A stretch of DNA of 64,000 bases from Rebecca billardiae RCC1528 (Eukaryota; Protista; Haptophyta). Below the pieces are notes generated by a model that saw nothing but the letters and a program-made list of their open reading frames with translations, was not told the origin of the DNA and searched no databases. Location of the stretch: NCBI GenBank assembly GCA_965240325.2, contig OZ251226.1:1116001-1180000 (forward strand), given 5' to 3'. The position numbers were made by a program, and so were the translations under genes. Shown here piece after piece: positions 47,813 through 58,990 of the stretch (position 1 is its first letter; each line of letters begins with the position of its first letter).

Positions 47813-48396
47813 GAGTCCGGCCCACGGGGGGGTCCGGGGGGTGTCCCCCCGGGGCCCCGCCGGCCTGAGGCGAAGAAAAATTTTGGGCCTATTTGGGAGT
47901 GAATAATGACGAAATCTAATCGTCTACGACAGACTAGTACTTGCGGACGAGTACTCATGAAGAGCGCGATTAGACAGCTGCACTCCGACTAGTCGTGGTC
48001 AGCAGCCCCGTGTTTGAATGCCTGCATGAGGCTCGCCTGCCGAGCCATCTTAAACTTGGCCAGCTCGCGCGCACTCACCGCGACGGAGCCCTTCCGCGGC
48101 CCGGGCCGCGCGTGGCCATTCATTGGTGCGCTCGAGGATGGGATCGGGCGCGCCTTGCCCAGCTGGCGCTCCCCCGGCTTGAGGCGCTTCTTCTCACGCG
48201 CCGACTCCGCGCTCGGCGCGCCCGCCTCCGCGCTCGGCGCGTCCGCCACGGCGGCTCATCCGACTGCGGCCGCGAACCCGCCTTGCGGCTCGTCGAGTAC
48301 TCTCGGCGGAGTCGGCGCGCCCCCGCGCAGGCGCGCACTGCCCCTGCCTCGGGCCCGGGGGCTGTCCGGGTGCACACCATGACTACCGGACTGCTG

Positions 48397-48483
48397 TCAC
48401 GTGACGGACCCATTGCCGACGTGACGCGTCACGTGATCACGTGTCACGTGATCACGCCGTGATATCACGCTCACGTGATCACG
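48397..48483. promoter_or_regulatory. CACGTG (E/G-box) cluster, 5 copies
   Basis: CACGTG at 48398, 48430, 48438, 48445 and 48472, upstream of the ATG at 48542. Confidence 0.5.
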
Positions 48484-48541
48484 AACTCCCAGCCCTGGCC
48501 CGCGTCGCCCAGATCACCGATGCCGCCAAATCGAATCGCCG

Positions 48542-49577
48542 ATGGCCCACCTCACGCCCGGCGGCTCGGCGGTGCTCCGCGGCCTGCAGGCGCGGCCCGA
48601 GCTGAACGGCGGCTGGTGCGGCTGCTCGAGTGGATGAAGGACACCCGCTGCTGGGCCATTGCGCACCGCTGCCGGCGCGGCGCTGCGCGTGAGGCCCGAC
48701 GACCTCAGCGCGCCGCCGCCGGTCCCAGCGGCCGACGAGGCGGCCGCCCTGGAGCGCGGCTGCCGCCCGGCTACCCGAGGAGGACGGCCGGCTCTTCTCG
48801 CAGCTGTGGCGAGCTTCCTCACAAACCATCCCACCGGCCACCGCCGCCTTTGGACCCGCGAGAACGCGCGCGCGCTGCTCGAGCGGCGAGGTGCGCACCG
48901 TGCTGCGCCTCCACAGCATCGCGCCCTCGCCTGGTCGCTGTGGGAGGAGGCGCCGGCGGGCGACGGCGTGTACGCGCCCGCTGGCGAGCCGGGCCACACC
49001 CCGCCGCGCGCGTTGCACTTCGCTGCTCGGGGGCTCGAGGCCTCGCCCTCGATCGGCGCGTCACCGACCTTCGAGTCGTTCACCCGCATCCCGGCCGGCT
49101 TGCGATCGGGCACCGCTCGTGCGCTCCAAATGCCTCCAATTCCAGGCCACGCTCGCGCTCGCAAAACAGTTCTCCGAGAGGCAGGCGGAGACGCTCACGA
49201 CGGCGGGGCGCATGCGCGTCGCGGGGCTGAGGAGCGTCGCGTTCGCCCCGGCGGCGCTGGGCCTGCTCGAGAGCGGCTCGTGGTCGCCGCGGCTGGTTCA
49301 CGCGGCGACTTCGCGGCGCAAGGAGGAGAAGCGGATCGAGGAGCAGCAGCGGCAGGAGGCGCGCGAGTCCCGCGAGCAGAGAAATGCGAGTGAGGCGGCT
49401 GCCGCAGCGGCTCTCGAGGCGGCATTACCATTGGCACCACCTCCAACTGTGCCCGGCAGCGCGGCACGCGCCTCATTCGTCTGGCGCATCACAGACTACC
49501 GGCAGCCTGAGAAGGACTCCTCACTCCCGGCCATGACCCGATCTGGTTGCGTCCACACGACACTCAGGCAAGGATGA
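48542..49577 (+). pseudogene. Frameshifted gene with N-terminal GL...PELNG SH3/KOW-like motif
   Basis: MAHLTPGGSAVLRGLQARPELNG / RLVRLLEWMKDTRCWAI / AGAALRVRPDDL form one recognisable motif split across frame changes. A further shift occurs before CLQFQATLALAKQF. Confidence 0.5.
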
Positions 49578-50118
49578 ACCGCCACGCGACGCGGTAGAAA
49601 TCGCCCCTGCGGTCTCGAGCCGCGTCGTCCTTGGCGGCATGTTGCGGAGGCTGGACCGGGAGGTTGCCATTGCACGTTCCTGCTCGTGCGACAACCAGGG
49701 CTGCTGTGATTGATACGGATCCAAACTACTGACTCGTTGTAGTTGTACAATGTACAAGTATGATAGTCGACTTTTCGTGCTTCAGTACCAGTTGTCTGTT
49801 GTGCCGATTACCAGAATGTTCATCCCCCTCCAAATCATTTTACAGGCTAGTAGTAGTAGCATGGTGAGCAAGCACTGACCAGAGTTGGGTGAAGCCTGAA
49901 TGCCAACTTCTCGTGGTTTTCATCATCAATTGCATCGTTTCGGACCAGTAGCTACCATGTTCGACTGACGAACCGTAATGCAGTCAAAGCGTCGAAGCCA
50001 TCGCGATTGACGCGATAAACCGGCCAATCGGCGCTGTGGAAGCCAACGGCGCGGTCAAACCTCCCGGTCTGGACCCCCGTCCGTCACCAGTGGCTTTCTT
50101 TCCCTCCCCAACCCGGCC

Positions 50119-53100
50119 ATGAACGAGGAGATGTTCCCGGCATCGACAGAAGATGTTACCGTCGTCGACGGCTCTGCGCTGGGCACGCACCAGCTCCCAA
50201 CGATGGCACAAGAGGCGAAGACTCTCGCCGCCTCGCCCCCCCCGAATAGCCTCCAGCGGAGGGCGTCCGTGTCGTCCTGCGGCGCGGCCCCGCCCACGGC
50301 GCCCCGTCCCATGCGGCGCCGAGCCTCCATGTCCAGCATCCCGACCGTAGGTCACGCCGCTTCGAGCGGTGTTGAGCGCGAGATGCTCGCGCGCGAGCGC
50401 GTGTACGCCGACCGCGTGCGCTCGCGCCCGTCGTACGAGGGCGACCTCTTCCACTTCGAGCGAGCGGGAGGCCGCCCGCGCGCCAAGAAGTACCACGAGT
50501 CAGGCACGGCCGCCACGCACGCGAAGAACGTGGCGCGGCGTCGCAGGCTGATGCAGCAGCCATCGATTCAGACCGCGCTCTTCAAGTTCTGGCGCACCGC
50601 GGGCCTCGCAGACCACGATCTCATGGAGCTCGAGATGTACATCTCGATCCTGCAGAAGATCGGCCGTGCGCTCGGCGTCACCCGGCGGGGCGACGACCCG
50701 GCCGTGAGCCGCCAGCTCGCGCTCGAGGACTGGCGGCGTGACATGCAGGCGTGCGGGCTTGCTGAGTCTGCCGCCATGCCAATGTCCGCCTTCTGCTCCG
50801 GCCTCTTCGAGCTCGCGGACGTGTGGACGGAGGGCGTGGACGAGATCGAGTACGCGTCGTTTCTCGGAAAGCTCTTTCGTCGCATCACGTGCATAGTCGG
50901 CGTGCAGCGCGTGCTGCAGCGCTCCCTCGCCGTCGCGTTGCGCGATGGTCCGCTGCGCGCGCTCGACGAGCGCTCCTTCCAGATCGGCGCCGCGCTCGCC
51001 GCCGCGCCACGCGCCTTCCTCGAGCTTGAGAAGGTGGAGACGGACGAGGAGCTGTGCAGCGCCGGCGCGTGCAGCGACGGCGCGAAGGCCGAGCGCACGC
51101 GCGTGACGCTGGGCCCTGTGCGCGCAGCCGCCGGGGCCCGGGTGCGACCCACGCTCGAGACGCTGCAAACGGACGCCGGCGCTCGTGTCTCGGCGCTCCG
51201 TGGAGAGGAGCCTGCTGCTGTCGGGGGCGAGGCAGACATCGACCCCGCCGAGGCGGCCGCAGCCGAGCCGAGCTGCGCGCATGCGGTGCCCGAGGTGGCG
51301 CCGCCCCAGGCAGCGGCGGAGACCGCGGCTGCTCACGCAGAGTCGCCCTCTTCCCCAACGAAGGCGCCTGTCGAGGCGCCACCTACCACCTCGGCGCACG
51401 CACTGCCGGACTGGGCCCCTCGCTGGACGTCGGTGCGCGTGGATTCGGACAGCGAGCTGCGCGACGCCGAGGCGCGCGCGCGCGCACACGCCGGGTGGGC
51501 GCGAGCGGCACTGCGCGATCTCGAGCGCTCGATCGAGCTCACGCGGCGGTTGCTCGGACGGCGAGAGCGCGCGAGTGCAGACACGGGACCCCCCGCGCTG
51601 AGCAGCGGTGGCCCGCCGCCCTGCGCCGCCACGCCCGTCAGCTCCTCCTCCCTGGCCACCGCGCTGAACGCGGCTCTGGAGGCCGGTCTGGGGGCCGACC
51701 CGACGCTCGCCGCGGGCGTTGAGGTTCTCATGGATGCGATGGGCGAGCAGCTCGTGCGCGACGCTCTCGCCGCTGCCGAGCACGCGCACGGCGGTGATGC
51801 CTGTGCTTCTGCTGCCCCAGCCGGTGGCGTCGCAGCTGCGGGCGCACAGCACGAGGCATGTGCGGCGCTCAGCCGCGCGCTCGAGCTCGGCGCCGCGCTC
51901 GGCGTGACGCCCGAGCACGCAGTGGCAGCGCGCGCCGCGCGGCTGCGAGCGCACTCGAGCGCACTCGCCGCCGCGGCGCGCAGGCCGCGTCCCCGCCCTG
52001 CGAGTGCGTGCACGGGCCCACAGGCGCATCCCTCTGCCCTTGACGCGCCTCTGCTGTCACACGCCGCCGCCGCCCGGCTGGACTGGGCCGAGGCGTGTGG
52101 GGCGTACGCTGTGCCCGCCGTCGCCAGCGCCCACGAGCGTAGCGCGGACGCCAGCGCGGCCACGGGCGGCGGGGCCACGCCGTGTGTGCTCGTCTCGTCC
52201 GTGGACGGTGATGCCGCCGACGCGGCGGAGCTGCTCGGCTGGGCATCGCTCGCGCAGCGCTCGCCGCCGCGCTGCCTCTCGCCGTCGGCCTCCGCCGCTT
52301 CCTCCACCGCCTCCTCGGCGACCGCCTCCGCGTCGTGCTCGGACGCCGAGGACGCCGGGAGCGCATCCGATGAGCACGCGGTGCGCCGGCGGCGCGAGTC
52401 AATCGACCGCCACCTCCACCGGCTGCACGTGGCGCGAGCAGGCATGGTGGTGCATCCGCCAGCGGCTGTGCACCCACCCTCTCGCGGAAGCAGACCTGGC
52501 TCGACGCGCGCAGCGAGCGACGCTGGCGGCGCGAGCGCGATCGCGGCCGACCTCACAGACGCCGACGAGCCAGGCTCTGACGTCGAGCCCCGCGCCGAGC
52601 AGGACCGGCCGGGGCCGCCGGCGACGCCACGACCCTCGGAGGGCGTGACTCTGCTCAGTCTGCCACGCCGCGCGTCATTTCCGACGGAGAGGGACCGAGC
52701 GTGCCACGTGGCGGGCAACCCGGCTGTGCACGCGGCTGCGCGACCGCCCGCGCTCTGTGCCGGGCGGCTGCCCACAGCTGACGTGGACGGCGTGCGCGCG
52801 GTGGGCCGTCAGCGCATGCGCCGGGCGACGGTCTGGAGGGCGGTGCCGCGCCCGGGCTCACGCCTCGACACAGCACCCGGCCAGCGCCCTCGCTCGAGCT
52901 CGCATGCGCGCTCGGCCGCGGCGGTCGCAGCTCCGCTCGAGAGCCCAGCCTTCAGCGCGCTCGATGCAATCCCCAGCCGACGGCAGTGGGGCTTCAGCCA
53001 AGCGGCGCTCGCGCCCATCACCCCAGCCCTCAGCCACGCGCGCGCGGACGCGTCGCGCTCACCGACGCTGCCGAGCTCAGCCGGCGTGTCGTCGTCCAGC

Positions 53101-53889
53101 TCAACCGCCGTCTCCTTCAGCGGGGACGGCGGCAGGCGGCCTTCGAGCACTTCAGCCTCGAGCTCAGGCACGCACTGGTCGGCGGCGCTGACAGGCGGGC
53201 ACGCGACGCCGCCAGGTGCGCGCGCTCACTGCGTGCCGTCGTCGCACTCCCGTGCCGCCTCTGTCGCCTCGGCATGTGCCGAGCCGGCTGAGGGCGCGCC
53301 GGCCGCTGAGCTGCTCGCGCCCCTAGTGCTCAAGCGCGGCTCCGATAGCACGCCCGCCGGTCTGCGCTCGGCGCGCTCAAGCGTGGACGACGCGTGTGCC
53401 GGCGCATCGGCGCACGAGCACGACGCCCCGTCGCCCGGACTGGCGACGCGGGACTCAACGGCGCTCTCGCTCTCGGCGGTGCGAGTGCAGCCGCTGCCCT
53501 CCACCGCCCCCGCTGCCACGAGCTGCTGCTCGCCCACTGAGCAGCGGCTGCAGCTGTGGCTGAGGGATGAGACGCTGCCTCCGGTTATCGCCCACCAGCC
53601 CTCCCCAGGCACGAGCCCTGACGGCGCTCGACCTCGCCGCGCGCTGTCGGCCGCTCAGCGTGGCACGGAGCAAGTACGCTCGCCCCCGCACGCGTCGGCA
53701 CGCGCGGCGGTGCACGCTGCGCAGTACGGCATCCGCCGACGGAGATCGACATCACCTCCCAGCGACGGCCGCCGGCGTGCCACGCCCACCGGCACAGGCA
53801 CGGTACCAGCACGCGATCGGACAAGCAGCACGAAGGGCCGGTCGGTGAGAATGCCGCACTTCGGCAATCATGTGCGGGGCGGCGGATGA
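50119..53889 (+). CDS. Large low-complexity protein (1256 aa) with conserved helical domain; paralog of 1155..6659
   Basis: Single ORF containing FWRTAGL...LALEDW...MPMSAFCSGLFELADVWT...EYASFL. Confidence 0.78.
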   Translation: MNEEMFPASTEDVTVVDGSALGTHQLPTMAQEAKTLAASPPPNSLQRRASVSSCGAAPPTAPRPMRRRASMSSIPTVGHAASSGVEREMLARERVYADRVRSRPSYEGDLFHFERAGGRPRAKKYHESGTAATHAKNVARRRRLMQQPSIQTALFKFWRTAGLADHDLMELEMYISILQKIGRALGVTRRGDDPAVSRQLALEDWRRDMQACGLAESAAMPMSAFCSGLFELADVWTEGVDEIEYASFLGKLFRRITCIVGVQRVLQRSLAVALRDGPLRALDERSFQIGAALAAAPRAFLELEKVETDEELCSAGACSDGAKAERTRVTLGPVRAAAGARVRPTLETLQTDAGARVSALRGEEPAAVGGEADIDPAEAAAAEPSCAHAVPEVAPPQAAAETAAAHAESPSSPTKAPVEAPPTTSAHALPDWAPRWTSVRVDSDSELRDAEARARAHAGWARAALRDLERSIELTRRLLGRRERASADTGPPALSSGGPPPCAATPVSSSSLATALNAALEAGLGADPTLAAGVEVLMDAMGEQLVRDALAAAEHAHGGDACASAAPAGGVAAAGAQHEACAALSRALELGAALGVTPEHAVAARAARLRAHSSALAAAARRPRPRPASACTGPQAHPSALDAPLLSHAAAARLDWAEACGAYAVPAVASAHERSADASAATGGGATPCVLVSSVDGDAADAAELLGWASLAQRSPPRCLSPSASAASSTASSATASASCSDAEDAGSASDEHAVRRRRESIDRHLHRLHVARAGMVVHPPAAVHPPSRGSRPGSTRAASDAGGASAIAADLTDADEPGSDVEPRAEQDRPGPPATPRPSEGVTLLSLPRRASFPTERDRACHVAGNPAVHAAARPPALCAGRLPTADVDGVRAVGRQRMRRATVWRAVPRPGSRLDTAPGQRPRSSSHARSAAAVAAPLESPAFSALDAIPSRRQWGFSQAALAPITPALSHARADASRSPTLPSSAGVSSSSSTAVSFSGDGGRRPSSTSASSSGTHWSAALTGGHATPPGARAHCVPSSHSRAASVASACAEPAEGAPAAELLAPLVLKRGSDSTPAGLRSARSSVDDACAGASAHEHDAPSPGLATRDSTALSLSAVRVQPLPSTAPAATSCCSPTEQRLQLWLRDETLPPVIAHQPSPGTSPDGARPRRALSAAQRGTEQVRSPPHASARAAVHAAQYGIRRRRSTSPPSDGRRRATPTGTGTVPARDRTSSTKGRSVRMPHFGNHVRGGG

Positions 53890-54265
53890 CGACCACAATC
53901 AGTATCATCGCAGTATATTATTAGGCTCCGTGCAGCGCACTGTGAGTGTGAGTCGTGAGTCATCAATCAGATGATGACGACGACATATATATTCATCAGC
54001 ATCACTGCTCGTCATGACAGTTAGCTCGCATATCGGCTGACTACGCGGCGGCTAGATCGCGAATCAGCACGCCCGAATACGACGCCGACGGCACCGTCGT
54101 ATCATCTGACGAGCAGGATCGTCACAGTCTACTGCTGGGACCGCTGATGGCGACGCTCATCGTCGGCGCGCTGCGGACTCGTACTTGAAGCACAGCCCTC
54201 AGCGCACTCTGCGAATTGCCAGCCTTCACGTCGAGCGTGCGCCACTCACCGCACCGCCATCACCG

Positions 54266-55306
54266 TCAAGCGGACGGCAGCTGCAGCGTGTACACGCGGC
54301 AGCCATCGCGCAGCGCGAGCCGATCGTCGGCCCCGTCCGAGGCCATCGTCCGCACCGGCAGCACCTCGGCGCCGCAAACCTGCCGCTCGACGAGGGTGGC
54401 GTGCCCGTCATGCTCGACGAGGAGCACGGCCTGAGAGACCGTAGCATAACGACCTGAGCTGGCGGTATCCGGCTCCGCGCTCAGCGGCAGCTCCTCGGAG
54501 TCCATGCGCGCGGATGTCGGGCCGACGCATACGCTCGACAGCGAGCGCTCAAAGCGGCGCGAGACACCGGTCGTCGGCAGCCGTGCGTCCTCCGGCTGGT
54601 CCGTGTCGGAGAGAAGGGAGCGGAGGATTTCTTGCGCGAGGGCCTCACGCGCGGCGGCGCGCTGCCCGGCCGACGTGACACGCGGCGGCGGGCTCTTGTG
54701 CGCGTCGAGCAGCTGGCTGAGGATGGCGCGGCCGCGCACGGCCTTGGGCCACGGCGTGTTCAGCTGAGCGTTGGACATCACATGCATGCCAGCAGGCAGC
54801 CTGCGAACAGCGAGACCGCGTCCGAGCGGCGCGTCCGGCGGTGCGGGCGCACCCGTGGTGTCCGCGTCGAAGCTGTCGGCCTCGGCGCGGTTCGTCGCGT
54901 ACCACACGTCGCGCGCGTCCCCAACCAGCAGGTTGAAGCCATCCCAGTCGCCGGCGCGCGCGGACAGGGCGCGCAATGGTGGCTCGAGAGCGCGCTCGGG
55001 CGTGGCTGCCGTGCACGCCAGGAACTTGAGCGGGAGCGTGCCGCGCGACGGGGCGCCCGCGGGCGGCTTGATGGACGGCGGCTCGCGCACGTTGGTCAGC
55101 GTCGCCCAGCGCGCCGTCTCTGGCTGGACGCCAAGCCACGTGCCGCCGCCCTCCTCATCGCGCCCGGCGAGGAGGCCGGCGTACGGGCCGTTCGGATCCC
55201 ATGGGGCGCAGGGGCGGGCGGCGCGCCCGACAAACTCGTCGCGGTTCGCGGCGAGCACGAGCCTGAAGCGAGGGTGGGCCGCGTGGCAGATGAAGACGAT
55301 GCACAT
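54266..55306 (-). CDS. TANGO2: TANGO2 / NRDE family protein (346 aa)
   Basis: N-terminal MCI...LAANRDEF, GRD...GGTWLG, LTNVRE, SRG.LP, GFNL, SNA.LNTPWPK. Confidence 0.93.
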   Translation of the reverse strand: MCIVFICHAAHPRFRLVLAANRDEFVGRAARPCAPWDPNGPYAGLLAGRDEEGGGTWLGVQPETARWATLTNVREPPSIKPPAGAPSRGTLPLKFLACTAATPERALEPPLRALSARAGDWDGFNLLVGDARDVWYATNRAEADSFDADTTGAPAPPDAPLGRGLAVRRLPAGMHVMSNAQLNTPWPKAVRGRAILSQLLDAHKSPPPRVTSAGQRAAAREALAQEILRSLLSDTDQPEDARLPTTGVSRRFERSLSSVCVGPTSARMDSEELPLSAEPDTASSGRYATVSQAVLLVEHDGHATLVERQVCGAEVLPVRTMASDGADDRLALRDGCRVYTLQLPSA

Positions 55307-55758
55307 TGTTGTCCCCTCAGCGCGGACACGTCCCCGCCGCCATCGTTATGATCGTTCAAGGGGTGTCTAATGTCTTTTTCGAACCTATCACGGACACACA
55401 AAAGTATAAAACGGCGGCCGGACTCGAACAGCAGGGCGCACTCTGCGACCCCTCAAGGCCTGTGGACCAATCACCGACCGACGTTCGCGATCTTCATCTC
55501 TCGTCAGCGTCGAGATACGCAGTTCAAGCCAGCACGTCGTCGCTTGAGCGGCCGATGACACCGGTCCGGACTGATGTCTTGGCGCTTGGCACGAGCCAGT
55601 GCGGCTGCCTTTCGGACAGCGCGACCCGCCTCACCCGCTGCCACAGCAGGCAAGGAGGCAGAAGCCGAAGGGCGGCTAGCGCCGACGATCGAAGCGAGGC
55701 GCACGCCCGCAGCGGTGGGGGTGGCGCGCGTGCGCGGTGCGAGGTACCTCTTTGAACC

Positions 55759-58053
55759 ATGGGGAACTTCCTCGACGCGCCGCTGACCGAGAAGACGACG
55801 GAAGTCGGCCAGGAGGAGTCGAAGCGAGTGTACTGCGCAATGTCGTGCATGCAGGGGTGGCGGGCGCAGATGGAGGATGATCACATCATGACGCTGTCGG
55901 TCCCGGAGGTGAGCGCGTACTGGGGAGCACACACTCTCCCGCCCCCCTCCCCTCCCCCCGCGCACGCCACGCCTCAGCCCCTCACGGGCCCTCGGCTCGC
56001 CGGGCGCGCGCGGGTGCTCGCAGCTTGAGTGACGGCCGACCCGAGGCGCGCGGCGCGACGCGTGTGACTTACGCGACACGGCCCGACCCGGTCGCTCGGC
56101 GCGCGTGTGTGTGGCACGCAGGCACCCGAAGTATCCTTATTCGGGGTCTTCGACGGGCATGGCGGCGACCACGTCGCCCACTACACAGCAAGGCATGGTG
56201 TGTGCCTGCTGCCGCCGGCCTCGCACAACTGCCGCGTGCCGCGCGCGCCGCCACGGCGGGCCGCGGCTGGCTGGCCCGCACTGCTGCGGCGTGGGCCGGC
56301 GTGTCTCCGGGCGCTCGAACTCACGCCCACGCTCTCTCTCACCTCCCGCCCTCCTCCGGCCCGCGCCCGCCTGCCCTCCCGCCGCGCCGCGCGTGCGCCC
56401 TGCTGCTGCCGCGTGCGCCTCTTGCGTCTGCTTGCATTTCGTGCCCTGAGCAGTCCAGCGCCATTTCACGTCGTCCTCGTCCTTCAAACAACCGTTCAAC
56501 GCGAACCAGATCGGGCTGAGCTTCAAGCAGGCGATCATTCAGCTCGACGCCGAGCTGCGCACGCAGCCCGAGCACATGAGCGGGCAGGACCAGTCCGGGT
56601 CGACGCTCACAATGGTCGCTCTCTCGCCGACAGATGTCGTGTGCGCCAACACGGGCGACTCGCGGTGCGCGCGCTTCTGCGCGCGGCGCGTGTGCGCGGC
56701 GTGCGCGAGTGTGGGCCGCGGTGGTGCACGCGAGTACGCCGGGGCCTGCGCCCGCGCCTCCACCGCCGCCATCGCCACCGCAGCGGTCCGGCTGGCTGCG
56801 CATGAGGTCAGCACGGGGCTGGGGGCGCGGGCGCTGGCCGCCCATCGCGTCCGGCTGCCAGCTGCGCCGCGCCCGGCGTAGCGACAGCAAGTGTGGGCGG
56901 ATGGGGCGCGTGGGCCCGGCACCCGCCGGGCTGCGCCGCCGCGTGGCCCGCTCTCGCTCACCGCGCGTCCCACCCTCGCGACCCGCACTTCGGCACGCGC
57001 CCCCTGCTGCTGCTGCTGCCGCTGCTGCCCTCGCCTCGCGGCCACGCCGCGTGTCGCGACGCGCGCTGCTCGCTCGCGACGCGCGCTGCTCGCTCGCAGG
57101 TCGGTGCTGTGCCGCGCAGGCCAGGCCATCGACCTGTCGAACGACCACAAGCCCTATCTCGAGGGGGAGAAGGAGAGGATCGAGAAGGCGGGTGGGCACG
57201 TCAAGTTCAACCGCGTCAACGGCGACCTCGCTGTCTCGCGCGCGCTCGGCGACTTCGCCTACAAACAGGTGCGCGGGCACGCACGCGCGCGCGCCTGCGC
57301 GCGGCCGCGGCTGCGCGCTCGCCTGTGTGCTGCCGCGGGCGCGCGCGCGTGAGTGCCCCCCCCGTTGCGCGCGGTGCTGGTGCTGCGCGTGCGGGGCGCT
57401 GCGCGCGCTGCGCGCGCCGCGCGCTCTCCCCCGTTCTCTCGCCCTCGCTCACCAAACCCACCGCCTCCGCGCGACGCCGCCGCGCCGTCGCCGTCGCCCG
57501 GCCGGCCGCGCAGCGCGAGGACCTGCCAGCCGAGGTGCAGGCGGTGACGGCCGATCCGGAGCTCATCTCGCAGTCCCGGACTCCGGAGGACGAGTTCATC
57601 GTGCTCGCCTGCGACGGGATCTGGGACGTGATGTCCTCGCAGGACGTCGTCTCGTACGTGAGCGGCCTGCTGCGATGCAACGAGCGCCCGGCGAGCGAAA
57701 CCCGCTCACCTGCGCACGGCGGCGAGGGCTCGGATCACTCCCGGCACGGCCAGCCACCGCAGCCGCAGCGGGCGTGGGACCTGGGCGCCGTCGCCGAGGC
57801 CCTGCTGGACAAGTGCCTCGAGAAGGGCTCCCGTGACAACATGTCGGTCGTGATCGTCGTGCTGAAGCCCACGCTCGTCCCAGGGCGGTACGGCGAGCCT
57901 GACGAGGAGCGGAGACGCGAGGGTGGTGCGGCGGCCGGCGGCGCGGGTGCAGGCGCCGCGTCGCGCGGCAGCGGCGCGACGTCGAGCCCACGGCCGCCGG
58001 CGTCGGGCACGCCGTCGCCCGCGGCGCCGAGCCCCAAACCGCCGTCGACATAG
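55759..58053 (+). CDS. PPM/PP2C protein phosphatase (PPM1A/Ptc2-like, possible myristoylation MG), ~381 aa; exons 55759-55908, 56122-56197, 56454-56664, 57100-57268, 57514-58053
   Basis: MQGWR..MED, FGVFDGHGG, ANTGDSR, DHKP, RVNGDLAVSRALGD, LACDGIWDV, GSRDNMS. Splice phases are consistent. Confidence 0.95.
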
Positions 58054-58990
58054 GCGCGGCCCCAGCCGGCCTGCCCAGCCACGTCAGCCGGGCTGCGCGC
58101 GCAGCCCGGCCCCTGCCGCCCGGCCCGCCGCGGCCGTGCGCGGCGCGTGGCTCCGCTAGCCACGTCGGCGCCGACGGTCTCGACTCTCGACGCGCTTGTT
58201 CTTCTCCAGCCGTGGCGCGCTCGGCGCGTGCGCAGCCTCGGCTTCTTGCGCACCGGCAGCGCCGGGGCACCGACCCTTTCCGCCGCGCTGCTGGCGGCCA
58301 CGCTCCGCGCGCCGAGGCGCGCGGTGCGCATGCAGTTTGGCGTCGCCCGGCGCAGAGTGCCCGGTGCAGCCTCGCGGCCGAGCAGCCAGGGCCATGCCCG
58401 ATCCCGCGCCTGGCGCCCGTCCCAGCTGCCACTTCCGGTCCCGTCTCACGACGGTCTGCGCCTGGCGGCCAGTGCCGGCGGCATCGACGCATACGCGGCA
58501 TACGAGAGTGCCGCACGGGGATTCTTGACTCTGGCGTGTGGCACCGCTGCTGCGTCATGGTCTGGGCTCGCCCGTCCCGCCGCCTGCCAAATGAATCCGA
58601 ATTGCTGATGTCTTGTAAGACTTAGACCGCCACTACATGAGTACATCAGAGTAATGCAAGAGTCTAGCTGGGCCGGGCCTAGAATCTGCTACTAGATGAT
58701 TGAATGACTTTGTGTCCCGGAAGGGCCGCAGCTGGTCACCGCGCCTTGTTTGTGACATGTCCTGCTATTATCATAGCCGACATAGGCACTTGATGATCGC
58801 GTCACATTCGCCCCCCCGATGAGGCGATGAATCCTCGATGAACCCTCCGCGATCTCGATTTTCTTTTGCGTGGAAGTGGAGCCCCGGACGGCCTAACCGC
58901 CGCTCGCCTTTCGCGCCGCCGGGCCGCCCGCCCACATTCTCGCGCGGCGACGTCCAGCGAGCATCACGGCACGCTCGACGCGCAGCAGGG

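Noticed and set aside
47989-48249. 86-aa minus-strand ORF
   Set aside because: Starts at GTG just after an in-frame stop, has no motif and no supportable upstream exon.
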